From Pseudomonadota bacterium (GTDB lineage: Bacteria; Desulfobacterota; Desulfobacteria; Desulfobacterales; RPRI01): a DNA stretch of 34,946 nucleotides. The translations under genes were made by a program, and so were the position numbers. Positions 9,140 to 17,791 of this stretch are shown here, piece after piece (the stretch's first letter is position 1; the number at the start of each line of letters is the position of its first letter). The notes under the pieces are model-generated. The model did not search any database. It was not told the DNA's origin and saw nothing but the letters and a program-made list of their open reading frames with translations. The stretch covers positions 1 through 34,946 of the forward strand of contig JBDRRF010000044.1 of assembly GCA_043825875.1 (NCBI GenBank), in the 5' to 3' direction.

Positions 9140-11221
9140 TTATTCTTTTTTGGGGCTGATTTTACAAAGCAGTGCTTTAAGAGCCGGGTAACCTGTTACC
9201 GGATCTACGGATTTTTCATCCGTAAGTGCATTCACATTATGTTTGGCCCAGCCATGAGGAATACTTAAAGTGTTCGGAAGAATATCTTCCGTAGTTTTCG
9301 CCTTGATCTCAATTTTACCCCTTTTAGTTTCTACTATCATCAGCTCACCATCGTTGATACCATAAAGCTTAGCAGTTTCCGGGTGAATTTCTCCATTAGG
9401 TTCGGGCATTTTTTTCTTAAATTTTTCAATCTCCCTGAAAGATGAGTGCGTATATTGGAGTGTTCTTGATCCTGTAGTAAGAATTACCGGGTATTCTTTT
9501 GCAAGCCCGGGAGAACCGAAAGGAGATTCTGTCGGTTCATTGTAAACCGGCAAAGATTCCAACCCGAGTTGCTTCATAACGGAAGAAAATATTTCAATCT
9601 TACCCGAAGGTGTTTTAAACCCTTCTTTCTCATACTGTTTATACTTTATTTCTCCAAAGGGTATGCAATTGGTTTTGCCAAATAATGTTTTAAGATCCAG
9701 CCCCGTCGGTCCGTAGCTGTATTCAAGCAATTCATTCATATCTTTCCATGGGAAGTACTTTTCATATCCCATACGTTTAGCCAGTTTGATCCAGATTTCC
9801 GGATTAGGCATACTCTCATAAAAACCAATAGCTTTATTGCGCAAATTTATAAACGGTTTGGCAAAAGAGATTGAGAGAATTTCCCAGATTTCAGTTCTTT
9901 CCAAAAAGCTTGCTTCAGGCAGAATAAGATCTGCCAGCTGAGCTGTTTCATTCATTGTTGTCAGTATAACAGCTAAAAAATCCAGTTTTTCTAAAGCGCT
10001 TCTCATCTTGTTGGTATTTGGCCAGGTTAAAAGCGGGTTTGACCCAACTACTGCAAGGCCTTTAATGGGATAAGGTTTACCGGTTAATATCATATCTGGT
10101 AACAACATTCCCTGTGCCGTCCAGCCGCCCTGAACCAGAATCGGAAATTGTTCCTGTCCCATAGGTGGCTCCTTGGGAGTGTCTGCTAATCTAAGCGGTG
10201 AACAATTTGCAACAGAAGGAATCTCAGGTCCGCCAAGATCAACAGCAAGCAGGCCTCCGGCAATATCGATATTTGCAGTAATTGATTGCAGAATCAGTAT
10301 TGCTCTCTGGCTTTGAAATCCTGTTGGAACCTGCTGCAGCGTATTAATTCCTTCTAAAATACAAGCCGGTTTATTGGCTGCATATAGATGAGCCATGCTT
10401 CTTATGATCTTTTCGGGAACCAAAGTTATTTTTTCGATTTTTTCCGGAGGATAAGCTTTTATATGCTCAGCAAATTCATCAAAACCGGTTGTCCATTTTT
10501 CAACAAACTGCGTATCATATAAATGATCTGAAATGATTACATTTAACATAGAAAGTGCTAAAGCACAATCTGTACCGGGTCTTATTTGAGCATGGATGTC
10601 AGCTTTTTTTGCGAAAGAAGTCTTGCGGGGATCAATCACAATTAGTTTTGCGCCCTTCTTCTTAGCATTCATAATCTGCTCGGCGGTTATAAAATTGGAT
10701 TCGGAAGGATTATGTCCCCATAAAATAATGCATTTGCTGTTTTCAGGATCAGCTGCCGGAAATTTACCAAGAGTCAGCATATTGGCTGTAATACGTGACA
10801 GGTAGCACATGCTTTCCGGAGTTATGAAATTCGGGCTCCCGTAAGCATCACAAAATCTTTGGAGCAAGGTCATGGAAGTAAATCCCTGGCATACAAATGA
10901 CATACCTTCCAAAACGGCCCAGGATTTTGCGCCGTAATTCTCCTTTATTTTGTTCAACTCAGTAGCCATAATATCTAATGCTTCATCCCATGAAATTCTT
11001 TGAAATTCTCCGTTAACTTTCTTCATTGGATATTTGATGCGATCGGGAGAATATACATAATCTATAATACCTGCTGCTTTGGGACAAAGTTTTCCATGAT
11101 TCCAGGGATGATCGGGATCTCCTTCTATCTTGACAGCCTTTTCATTTTCAACCGAAACAATTATTCCGCAAGCCCAGGGACACATTCCGCATAATGTTTT
11201 AATTTCTTTTCGGTTAGTCAT
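9140..11221 (-). CDS. Mo/W-bisPGD oxidoreductase (DMSO reductase superfamily), cytoplasmic single subunit
   Basis: N-terminal [4Fe-4S] CGMCPWAC...LCPK, RISWDEALD, putative Cys metal ligand (ESMCY), WGHNP, IRPGTD, ADLILP and C-terminal HSS...IHPETA domain. No signal peptide. Confidence 0.9.
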   Translation of the reverse strand: MTNRKEIKTLCGMCPWACGIIVSVENEKAVKIEGDPDHPWNHGKLCPKAAGIIDYVYSPDRIKYPMKKVNGEFQRISWDEALDIMATELNKIKENYGAKSWAVLEGMSFVCQGFTSMTLLQRFCDAYGSPNFITPESMCYLSRITANMLTLGKFPAADPENSKCIILWGHNPSESNFITAEQIMNAKKKGAKLIVIDPRKTSFAKKADIHAQIRPGTDCALALSMLNVIISDHLYDTQFVEKWTTGFDEFAEHIKAYPPEKIEKITLVPEKIIRSMAHLYAANKPACILEGINTLQQVPTGFQSQRAILILQSITANIDIAGGLLAVDLGGPEIPSVANCSPLRLADTPKEPPMGQEQFPILVQGGWTAQGMLLPDMILTGKPYPIKGLAVVGSNPLLTWPNTNKMRSALEKLDFLAVILTTMNETAQLADLILPEASFLERTEIWEILSISFAKPFINLRNKAIGFYESMPNPEIWIKLAKRMGYEKYFPWKDMNELLEYSYGPTGLDLKTLFGKTNCIPFGEIKYKQYEKEGFKTPSGKIEIFSSVMKQLGLESLPVYNEPTESPFGSPGLAKEYPVILTTGSRTLQYTHSSFREIEKFKKKMPEPNGEIHPETAKLYGINDGELMIVETKRGKIEIKAKTTEDILPNTLSIPHGWAKHNVNALTDEKSVDPVTGYPALKALLCKISPKKE

Positions 11222-11316
11222 AATACTTCTCCTTCCATGGCACTATATATTTATCATTTTTTATTAATTATAGCTGACAACTTTAAACAGAATAGTATAA
11301 TAACCCTCCTCTTAAT

Positions 11317-11591
11317 CCCATAAGCGCTATGTTGACTGATTAAGTTTATCTATAAAAACGAATATCGAATATAGAACAAGGAATTTCGAATTATGAATAT
11401 TTTTTATTCTTACTCATTGCGATTTTAATACTTTTAACAAATATTGATTATTCTCACAGCAAAATCTATCAAACGATCATAGATATCATACCGTTTATCT
11501 TCCTTCGATATTCATTATTCCTTGTTCTATATTCGAAATTCAAATTACTTTCATATATTTGTTATAGATTAATTAACTTAGCGCTTATGGG
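11317..11591. repeat. 275-bp nested inverted-repeat (MITE-like) element
   Basis: Outer 13-bp IR cccataagcgcta (11317-11329) / tagcgcttatggg (11579-11591). Inner perfect 20-bp IR tcgaatatagaacaaggaat (11365-11384) / attccttgttctatattcga (11517-11536). Confidence 0.75.
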
Positions 11592-11601
11592 GTATTACAA
11601 C

Positions 11602-12354
11602 TCACGGCATACTGACACCACCATCAACAGAAATAGTCTGGCCTGTAATAAATGAAGCTTCATCCGAAGCCAGAAGTATAGCAATTGCTGTGTAATCATC
11701 AACTGTGCCGGTTCTGCGCATCGGTGTCATGTTAATCATAAAATTAATGTCTTCCTGAGGAAAATTGGTCGTTCGGAAGGTGCTGGTTTCAGGAGTTAAG
11801 CCGCATGCGATAGCATTCACATTTATCCCGAGAGGACTGAGTTCAGCCGCCATAGCCCGTGTCATAGCAAGCATAGCGCCTTTGGTTCCTACATAATCCG
11901 AATACATCGGCACTCCTATTCTTGCTGTGGATGAGCATATTCCTATGATTTTACCATATTTTCTTTTAAGCATTTCTCTTGCTACAAGCTGGGTGCAGAA
12001 AAAAACTCCCTTTTGATTTACTGCTACCACCCGATCAAAAGCGGCCTCGTCTTTTTCAAGAAATAGACCCGGTGTATAGACACCCGCATTGTTAATAAGA
12101 ATATCTATCTTAGAAAATCTTTCTATGGTTTTATTAACCATATTTTTTATATCTGCTATAACGGATACATCCGATTTTAAGGCAAGTACATCCCGCCCGT
12201 ATGCTTTAATATCTCGCTCTGTTGCCGTAAGCCTTTCTTCAACAAGGTCTGTAATAACGATATTTGCGCCTTCTTTTGCCATCGCAAGCGCAATAGCTTT
12301 TCCTATGCCTGAGCCCCCGCCGGTGATGATCGCAACTTTGTCTTTTAATTTCAT
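11602..12354 (-). CDS. Short-chain dehydrogenase/reductase (FabG-like)
   Basis: TGGGSGIG, NNAG, YVGTK and ITGQTISVDGG. Start moved to ATG 12354 (MKLKDK) because GAGGAG lies just upstream and the longer ORF overlaps the next gene. Confidence 0.9.
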   Translation of the reverse strand: MKLKDKVAIITGGGSGIGKAIALAMAKEGANIVITDLVEERLTATERDIKAYGRDVLALKSDVSVIADIKNMVNKTIERFSKIDILINNAGVYTPGLFLEKDEAAFDRVVAVNQKGVFFCTQLVAREMLKRKYGKIIGICSSTARIGVPMYSDYVGTKGAMLAMTRAMAAELSPLGINVNAIACGLTPETSTFRTTNFPQEDINFMINMTPMRRTGTVDDYTAIAILLASDEASFITGQTISVDGGVSMP

Positions 12355-12394
12355 TTTGTGCTCCTCGCCTTCACCCATAACCTTCTGAAAGAAT

Positions 12395-12417
12395 GGGGCG
12401 TTGCTATACGACCCTAC
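12395..12417 (-). repeat. Degenerate GTAG-type REP between the SDR genes
   Basis: Minus strand reads GTAG-GGTCG-TATAGCAA-CGCCCC, an imperfect hairpin preceded by GTAG. Confidence 0.4.
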
Positions 12418-12433
12418 GAACCCCAAACAAAAA

Positions 12434-13171
12434 TCAACCCGCGCTTCTTCCTCCATCTATAATATATGTAGCTCCTGTTATGTGAGATGCTTCATCCGAT
12501 GCAAGAAAGAGTGCCAGAGATGCTACTTCGTCCGGTTCGCATAATCTTCCCATGGGTATTTGTGATACGAGAGTTTCTAAAAATCCCGGTGGGGCATCAT
12601 CGAATATGGGCGTTTTGACAGCACCCGGACAGACGGCATTTACACGGATGCCGTCATTTACATATTCGAGAGCCGTTGCACGTGTAAGCATATTAATTGC
12701 TCCTTTTGTGGCAAGATATGCCGATACCATAGGGCTTGCCCGAAAAGCACCGATTGAACTTGTATTAACGATGGAACCGCCGCCGCACTCAAGCATAAGC
12801 TCAATTGAATTTTTCATAACAAAGAATGCACCACGTAAATTAACGTTCATTACTTTATCCCACTCTTCAATACTGTATTCATGCAGGCGTTTTGGAGCGA
12901 TGTTTATTCCGGCATTATTGCATAAAATATCAAGTTTACCAAAATTTTTACGGCATTCATTTATCATATTGGAAACCTGATCGGGTCTGCTTACATCACA
13001 TTCAAAAGGAAATACTTCTCCCTGTGCTTCTACGGAAACTTTTTTTTCGCTGCCGTCAATATCAACCGCCATTACCTTTGAACCTTCGGAGGCAAATCTT
13101 AACGTAATTGCCCTGCCGATGCCCGAACCGGCACCGGTAACAATAGAAATTTTATTGTCCAATCGTCTCAT
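12434..13171 (-). CDS. Short-chain dehydrogenase/reductase (probably NAD-preferring)
   Basis: TGAGSGIG, Asp at the end of beta-2 (AVDID), NNAG, YLATK, GIRVNAVCPG and IIDGG. Confidence 0.92.
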   Translation of the reverse strand: MRRLDNKISIVTGAGSGIGRAITLRFASEGSKVMAVDIDGSEKKVSVEAQGEVFPFECDVSRPDQVSNMINECRKNFGKLDILCNNAGINIAPKRLHEYSIEEWDKVMNVNLRGAFFVMKNSIELMLECGGGSIVNTSSIGAFRASPMVSAYLATKGAINMLTRATALEYVNDGIRVNAVCPGAVKTPIFDDAPPGFLETLVSQIPMGRLCEPDEVASLALFLASDEASHITGATYIIDGGRSAG

Positions 13172-13186
13172 TTTAATAGCCTTTAT

Positions 13187-13301
13187 TTATCTGGTTGAAA
13201 GAAGTCCACCATCTATCGGATGCCCCATTAAGCACTATACCATCCAAGCCCGCTTCCCTGGCAAACGCAGCTGAACGGGTAAAAGCTTTAACAGTTGCCT
13301 T
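13187..13301 (-). pseudogene. Remnant of a third SDR gene
   Basis: Manual translation: 13301-13227 gives KATVKAFTRSAAFAREAGLDGIVLN. A different frame at 13219-13187 gives PIDGGLLSTR-stop. Both resemble SDR motifs. Confidence 0.6.
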
Positions 13302-13564
13302 GTTTAATATTTGATCTAAATATTGGAATATGGCCGATAGCAAGATCAACCATTATCTCCAAGATAACAACTCCAGAAGAAGTATGGCTATAAAAAGCTT
13401 CGATTACAGTCAAGTATTGACTAAAACGAATAACATACTATTTTCATAATATTATCTTTGGTTCTCTTGTAAAAAGCAATTATAATTGACAACCATAATT
13501 AACCAAATATAAATTTTAAGCTGACTATTCACTTAATTGTATTGATATAAAGAATATATCCTCA

Positions 13565-13798
13565 ATGACTGTCTTGCTACGAAAAACAATTACGTCGGAT
13601 AATATCACGTTTTATAAGTTACTTGGGCAACTTATTAAGTATTATCGGAAATGGCGTGGGTTGAGCCAGGAAAAATTCTCCGAGCTTGTAGGAATCAGCC
13701 TTAGAGAATTGCAAAATTGGGAAATGGGACGTTGCCGGGCACGTATCAAAAATCTTCACGACCTTTCGGAAGCATCCGGAATTCCCAGGCAGGTTTAG
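13565..13798 (+). CDS. XRE-family HTH protein, short and possibly truncated
   Basis: LGQLIKYYRKWRGLSQEKFSELVGISLRELQNWEMG is an HTH_3 pattern. The ORF stops immediately after the last helix (GIPRQV). Confidence 0.7.
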   Translation: MTVLLRKTITSDNITFYKLLGQLIKYYRKWRGLSQEKFSELVGISLRELQNWEMGRCRARIKNLHDLSEASGIPRQV

Positions 13799-13989
13799 AC
13801 GCTTTTTGGACTTTTGCCAAAAAAAATGCCCTTCGAAAAAGAGCAGCTATCTGGCTTGAAATAAAAAAAGATCGGCATGGAGAATGAAAGTATTGATTTC
13901 AACCACATAATAAATATATTATAGATAAATGCATTTAAACTGTAGCAGCGGGAAGCTTCAACAAATAAACACTTTTTTAGGGTTAATCT

Positions 13990-14409
13990 ATGATAGTTTA
14001 TGATTTGCAATGTGAACAAGGGCACGTTTTTGAAGGCTGGTTTGAAGACATCAGGACATTTAACAACCAGAACAAAAAGAAACTGATATCATGCCCGGTC
14101 TGTAATAATACTTCTATAATGAAAATTCCAACTACGTTTGGCATACAATCATCAGGAAATGGACAGAATTTACCTGACAAACAGGCAGCACTTGAAAAAA
14201 TGACTGAAAAGCTTTCCGAATTTATAGAAAATAATTTTGACAATGTTGGGACAAATTTTGCCACGGAAGCTTTAAAAATTCATTATGGTGTATCAGAGCC
14301 ACGAAATATACGAGGTGTCAGCACCAATCAGGAAGAAAAAACGTTAAAAGAAGAAGGAAGTCAGTTTTTCAAAGTTCCTGTCCCGGTACCACCGGAAACA
14401 GACTCGTAA
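13990..14409 (+). CDS. DUF1178 family protein
   Basis: MIVYDLQCEQGHVFEGWF, CPVC and NVGTNFATEALKIHYG...RNIRG family pattern. Confidence 0.85.
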   Translation: MIVYDLQCEQGHVFEGWFEDIRTFNNQNKKKLISCPVCNNTSIMKIPTTFGIQSSGNGQNLPDKQAALEKMTEKLSEFIENNFDNVGTNFATEALKIHYGVSEPRNIRGVSTNQEEKTLKEEGSQFFKVPVPVPPETDS

Positions 14410-14427
14410 ACGTATTAAAGCGATTAT

Positions 14428-15165
14428 TTATTCTTTTATACTGTTTATGATTTTTCCTTTTGTGCTTATCACGATTTGTTCCATAGGCACTTTAACACCC
14501 GATTGATCCATTCCTTTTTTCACTATCATTGGCAAACCGGAACAGCACGGAACTTCCATTATTACTGTTGTTACACTTTTTATTCCGGCTTCTTTGAAAA
14601 CCTGTGCAAATTTGTTGATGTATTCATCGGCATCATCAAACTTGGGACATCCCATCATTACGGCTTTTCCTTTAAGAAAATCCCTGTGAAGGCTTGGGAA
14701 AGATACGGGCACGCAATCTGCCAGAACAAGTAAATCCGCTCCTTTCAAAAAAGGTGCTTTTGCCGGAACCAGTTTAATTTGTACAGGCCAGTGGCCAAGA
14801 GTAGATTCTTCATTTTGTGCTTGCGAAGAAGAACTGCCGGTATCAGGACAGGACAGGATTTGAACTGTAGAAGATGGGCAACCACACGCTAAAGCAGGTT
14901 CTGCCGCTATTTTTTTCTTATTTTCATGAAGTTGCTTTTCAACAGCCTCTTCATCAAACTCTTCCGCATCTCGCTCTATAACCTTTAAAGCACCGGTCGG
15001 ACATTCTCCGAGACAGGCTCCGAGTCCGTCACATAGTTTGTCTGATATTACTTTTACTTTTCCGTCAACTATCTGAAGCGCTCCTTCCGCGCAGGATGGA
15101 ACGCACTGCCCGCAGCCGTCACAAAGCTCGTCATCTATTTCTATTATTTTTCGGGTAACTTTCAT
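14428..15165 (-). CDS. 2x[4Fe-4S] ferredoxin-domain protein of the hcp operon
   Basis: CDGCGQCVPSC and CDGLGACLGEC, then CGCPS, WPVQIKLV, GCPKFDD and MEVPCC. Confidence 0.85.
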   Translation of the reverse strand: MKVTRKIIEIDDELCDGCGQCVPSCAEGALQIVDGKVKVISDKLCDGLGACLGECPTGALKVIERDAEEFDEEAVEKQLHENKKKIAAEPALACGCPSSTVQILSCPDTGSSSSQAQNEESTLGHWPVQIKLVPAKAPFLKGADLLVLADCVPVSFPSLHRDFLKGKAVMMGCPKFDDADEYINKFAQVFKEAGIKSVTTVIMEVPCCSGLPMIVKKGMDQSGVKVPMEQIVISTKGKIINSIKE

Positions 15166-15184
15166 AACTGATCCTCATTTATGC

Positions 15185-15913
15185 CTATTTTAATAAGACC
15201 TCACGCGCGATAATTTTGCCGTTTTCGGTCAAAAAAGATTTTTCGATTATTTTAGTTATATAATCCTTATCAGCAGGTTTTTCCTTATGATTGTCCTCTA
15301 TATTGACAATTACATCAGCATCGTAAACAACCTTATAATTAATATTGTCATCAGGCCGGGGGTGATGATGATGACCTACTATATCGCATACCTCATCGAT
15401 TAATTTCTCATTTGCACCAAGCTTTATAAGAATTTCCCTTGCAATAGGCGGCCCAAGCTCTTCCTGATATTTTGGGGCCGTGCTGTTATATTTACGTTCA
15501 GCCTCGGTTATTCCTATATCGTGAAGATAAGCAGCTGCCAAAATTACTGCAAGATTTCCTTTCTCAAGTTTGCCGATTCTTTCGGCATACCGGGCAACCT
15601 TTGAAGCATGACCGATTCTTTTAAAATCGGTCTTAAAATATCGCTTCATTTCTATAGCAACCCTGTCTTTTAATAAATCTTCTTTTTTGGCAAGAAGCTC
15701 ATCGGGCAGTGTTCCAAGGCATTGCTCTGCGTATTCACAGTAAGACGCACATCCAAAATCCATTTTAGGGTTAATAAATCTGTGGCCGCAGTTACCACAT
15801 TTTCTTGCTGTATCATCTTTGAAAAATTCAACTTTACTACCGCATTTGGGACAGGTTTCATCAAATATGGCTCCCTGCTTCCAATACCGGCTGTCCTGCC
15901 CTGGACATTTCAT
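15185..15913 (-). CDS. HD-domain protein with Cys-rich N-terminal domain
   Basis: MKCPGQD, CPKC, CGNC, CASYC...C, followed by H...LHD...HHH...D. Start set at ATG 15913 behind GGAGG. Confidence 0.85.
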   Translation of the reverse strand: MKCPGQDSRYWKQGAIFDETCPKCGSKVEFFKDDTARKCGNCGHRFINPKMDFGCASYCEYAEQCLGTLPDELLAKKEDLLKDRVAIEMKRYFKTDFKRIGHASKVARYAERIGKLEKGNLAVILAAAYLHDIGITEAERKYNSTAPKYQEELGPPIAREILIKLGANEKLIDEVCDIVGHHHHPRPDDNINYKVVYDADVIVNIEDNHKEKPADKDYITKIIEKSFLTENGKIIAREVLLK

Positions 15914-15952
15914 ATATTCCTCCAACAAAAATTAATTTTAAATTGTATCTAT

Positions 15953-16013
15953 GGCGGCATATAAAATGCCGCCCTACGCATGACAATAGTAGGGCGGGGT
16001 TTTACACCCCGCC
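15953..16013. repeat. Inverted pair of 25-nt GTAG-type REPs
   Basis: Minus 15977-15953 GTAG-GGCGGCAT-TTTAT-ATGCCGCC and plus 15989-16013 GTAG-GGCGGGGT-TTTAC-ACCCCGCC. Confidence 0.8.
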
Positions 16014-16036
16014 GCAATTCTTATTCTCTAATAGCG

Positions 16037-17665
16037 TTATCCCAATATTGCCTTTAAATCCTCATCAGGAGTTTTTATAGGCATGATATTAAATTTCTCC
16101 ACCAGCACATTTAAAATATTAGGTGTTATAAAAGCCGGAAGACTTGGCCCAAGCCTGATATCTTTTATTCCAAGATAAAGCAGGGTCAACAGAATCGCAA
16201 CTGCTTTCTGCTCATACCAGGACAGTACCATAGAAAGCGGAAGATCGTTTACACCACAATCGAAGGCTTTCGATAAAGCAACTGCAATCTGAACGGCAGA
16301 ATATGCATCATTGCACTGACCAACATCAAGAAGCCTTGGTATGCCGCCAATATCTCCAAGATCCTTGTCAAAAAAGCGGAACTTGCCACAGGCAAGAGTT
16401 AAGACCACACAATCCTTAGGGACTTTTTCGACAAACTCGGTATAGTAATTACGTCCCGGCTTTGCTCCGTCGCAGCCTGCAACTAGAAAGAAATGTCTTA
16501 TTGCCTTTGACTTAACAGCGTCAATAACCTGCCCTGCGACTCCCATAACGGCGTTTCTTGCAAATCCTACCATAACACTTTTGCCGTTGGTATCATTTTC
16601 AAATCCTTGCATACCCAGTGCTTTGTTTATAACCGAAGTAAAATTTTTATCAGCTATATGTGTTACACCGGGCCAGCCGACAAGACCGGTAGTAAAGATA
16701 TTGTCTTTGTAAGCATCTTTCGGCTTTTGAATACAGTTTGTTGTCATAAGTATTGTACCGGGAAACTCGGCAAATTCTTTTGCCTGGTTTTGCCATCCCG
16801 TTCCGTAGTGTCCATACAAATGTGAATACTTTTTAAGCCCCGGATAACCGTGGGCAGGAAGCATTTCCCCATGGGTATAAACATTTATTCCCTTGCCTTC
16901 GGTTTGTTTCAGTATTTCTTCCAGATCCTTTAAATCATGACCTGAAACAAGTAATGCTTTTCCTTTTTTTGCACCTAAAGGCACTTTTGTAGGAACAGGG
17001 TGTCCGTAAGCACCGGTATTAGCGGTATCCAAAAGCTCCATTGCAAGAAGATTCGCCTCGCCGCATCTTAAAACAAGGCCTACTAGTTCATCAGCGCCCA
17101 GATTTTTATTTAATCCGGCAGCAAGAGCTTCATAAATAAATTGATATACTTTATCATCACTTTTTCCTAATATTCTTGCATGGTCAGCATAGGCTGCAAC
17201 ACCCTTTATTCCGTACGTTAAAATCTGTTGCAGAGACAAAATATCAGGGTTGATATCAGGATCGCTTTTTGCCCCAACTTTTTCTCCCTGTTTTATAAGG
17301 CCTTCGATTGTTTTTTCAGGAACAAAAACTGCCGGGCCTTCTGAATAAACGGGTTTAATTCCGGCTGCTGCAAGCTTTGCTTTAAGTGAATCACGAATAA
17401 TGACACATTGATCAATAAGTTTTTGAAATCTTGCAGGGTCAAAATCCACATTTGTTAATGTTGAAAAAACTGCCTCACAGGTAAATATATTTATTTCATC
17501 ATCTTTAATATTCGCTTTATATCCTTCGATAGCATACAAAGATAATCCTCTTACCACATAAATCAGAAGATCCTGCAAAGCTGCTACTTCAGAGCTTTTA
17601 CCGCATACGCCCCCTATTGTACATCCCTCTCCTTTTGATGTCTGCTCACATTGGTTACAAAACAT
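16037..17665 (-). CDS. hcp: Hybrid cluster protein (hydroxylamine/NO reductase)
   Basis: MFCNQCEQT...C...VCGK, SGHDL, YTHGEMLPAH, TTNC, GCDG, LACGK, GQCND and SWYEQKA. Confidence 0.97.
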   Translation of the reverse strand: MFCNQCEQTSKGEGCTIGGVCGKSSEVAALQDLLIYVVRGLSLYAIEGYKANIKDDEINIFTCEAVFSTLTNVDFDPARFQKLIDQCVIIRDSLKAKLAAAGIKPVYSEGPAVFVPEKTIEGLIKQGEKVGAKSDPDINPDILSLQQILTYGIKGVAAYADHARILGKSDDKVYQFIYEALAAGLNKNLGADELVGLVLRCGEANLLAMELLDTANTGAYGHPVPTKVPLGAKKGKALLVSGHDLKDLEEILKQTEGKGINVYTHGEMLPAHGYPGLKKYSHLYGHYGTGWQNQAKEFAEFPGTILMTTNCIQKPKDAYKDNIFTTGLVGWPGVTHIADKNFTSVINKALGMQGFENDTNGKSVMVGFARNAVMGVAGQVIDAVKSKAIRHFFLVAGCDGAKPGRNYYTEFVEKVPKDCVVLTLACGKFRFFDKDLGDIGGIPRLLDVGQCNDAYSAVQIAVALSKAFDCGVNDLPLSMVLSWYEQKAVAILLTLLYLGIKDIRLGPSLPAFITPNILNVLVEKFNIMPIKTPDEDLKAILG

Positions 17666-17743
17666 GACTTATTCCTCCTTCTTTATATTTGTTATGGTTT
17701 ATTAACTTTTGAGCTTATAATACATATTTTGAAATGGCTTTAC

Positions 17744-17759
17744 CTTGACTTATGTCAAG
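17744..17759. promoter_or_regulatory. HcpR (Crp/Fnr) binding site
   Basis: Perfect palindrome CTTGAC-TTAT-GTCAAG between divergent hcp and hcpR. It matches the TTGAC-N4-GTCAA type of HcpR box. Confidence 0.85.
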
Positions 17760-17791
17760 AAAAAGACAATATTTTTGAAAAAGGAGAATAC

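Noticed and set aside
9140..11221. Naming the Mo/W enzyme formate dehydrogenase, nitrate reductase or acetylene hydratase
   Set aside because: No Cys/Sec-His FDH motif, no Tat signal or partner subunits, and no acetylene hydratase Asp.
17651..17791. N-terminal extension of HcpR in the ORF track
   Set aside because: It overlaps hcp and the operator. The RBS supports ATG 17792.
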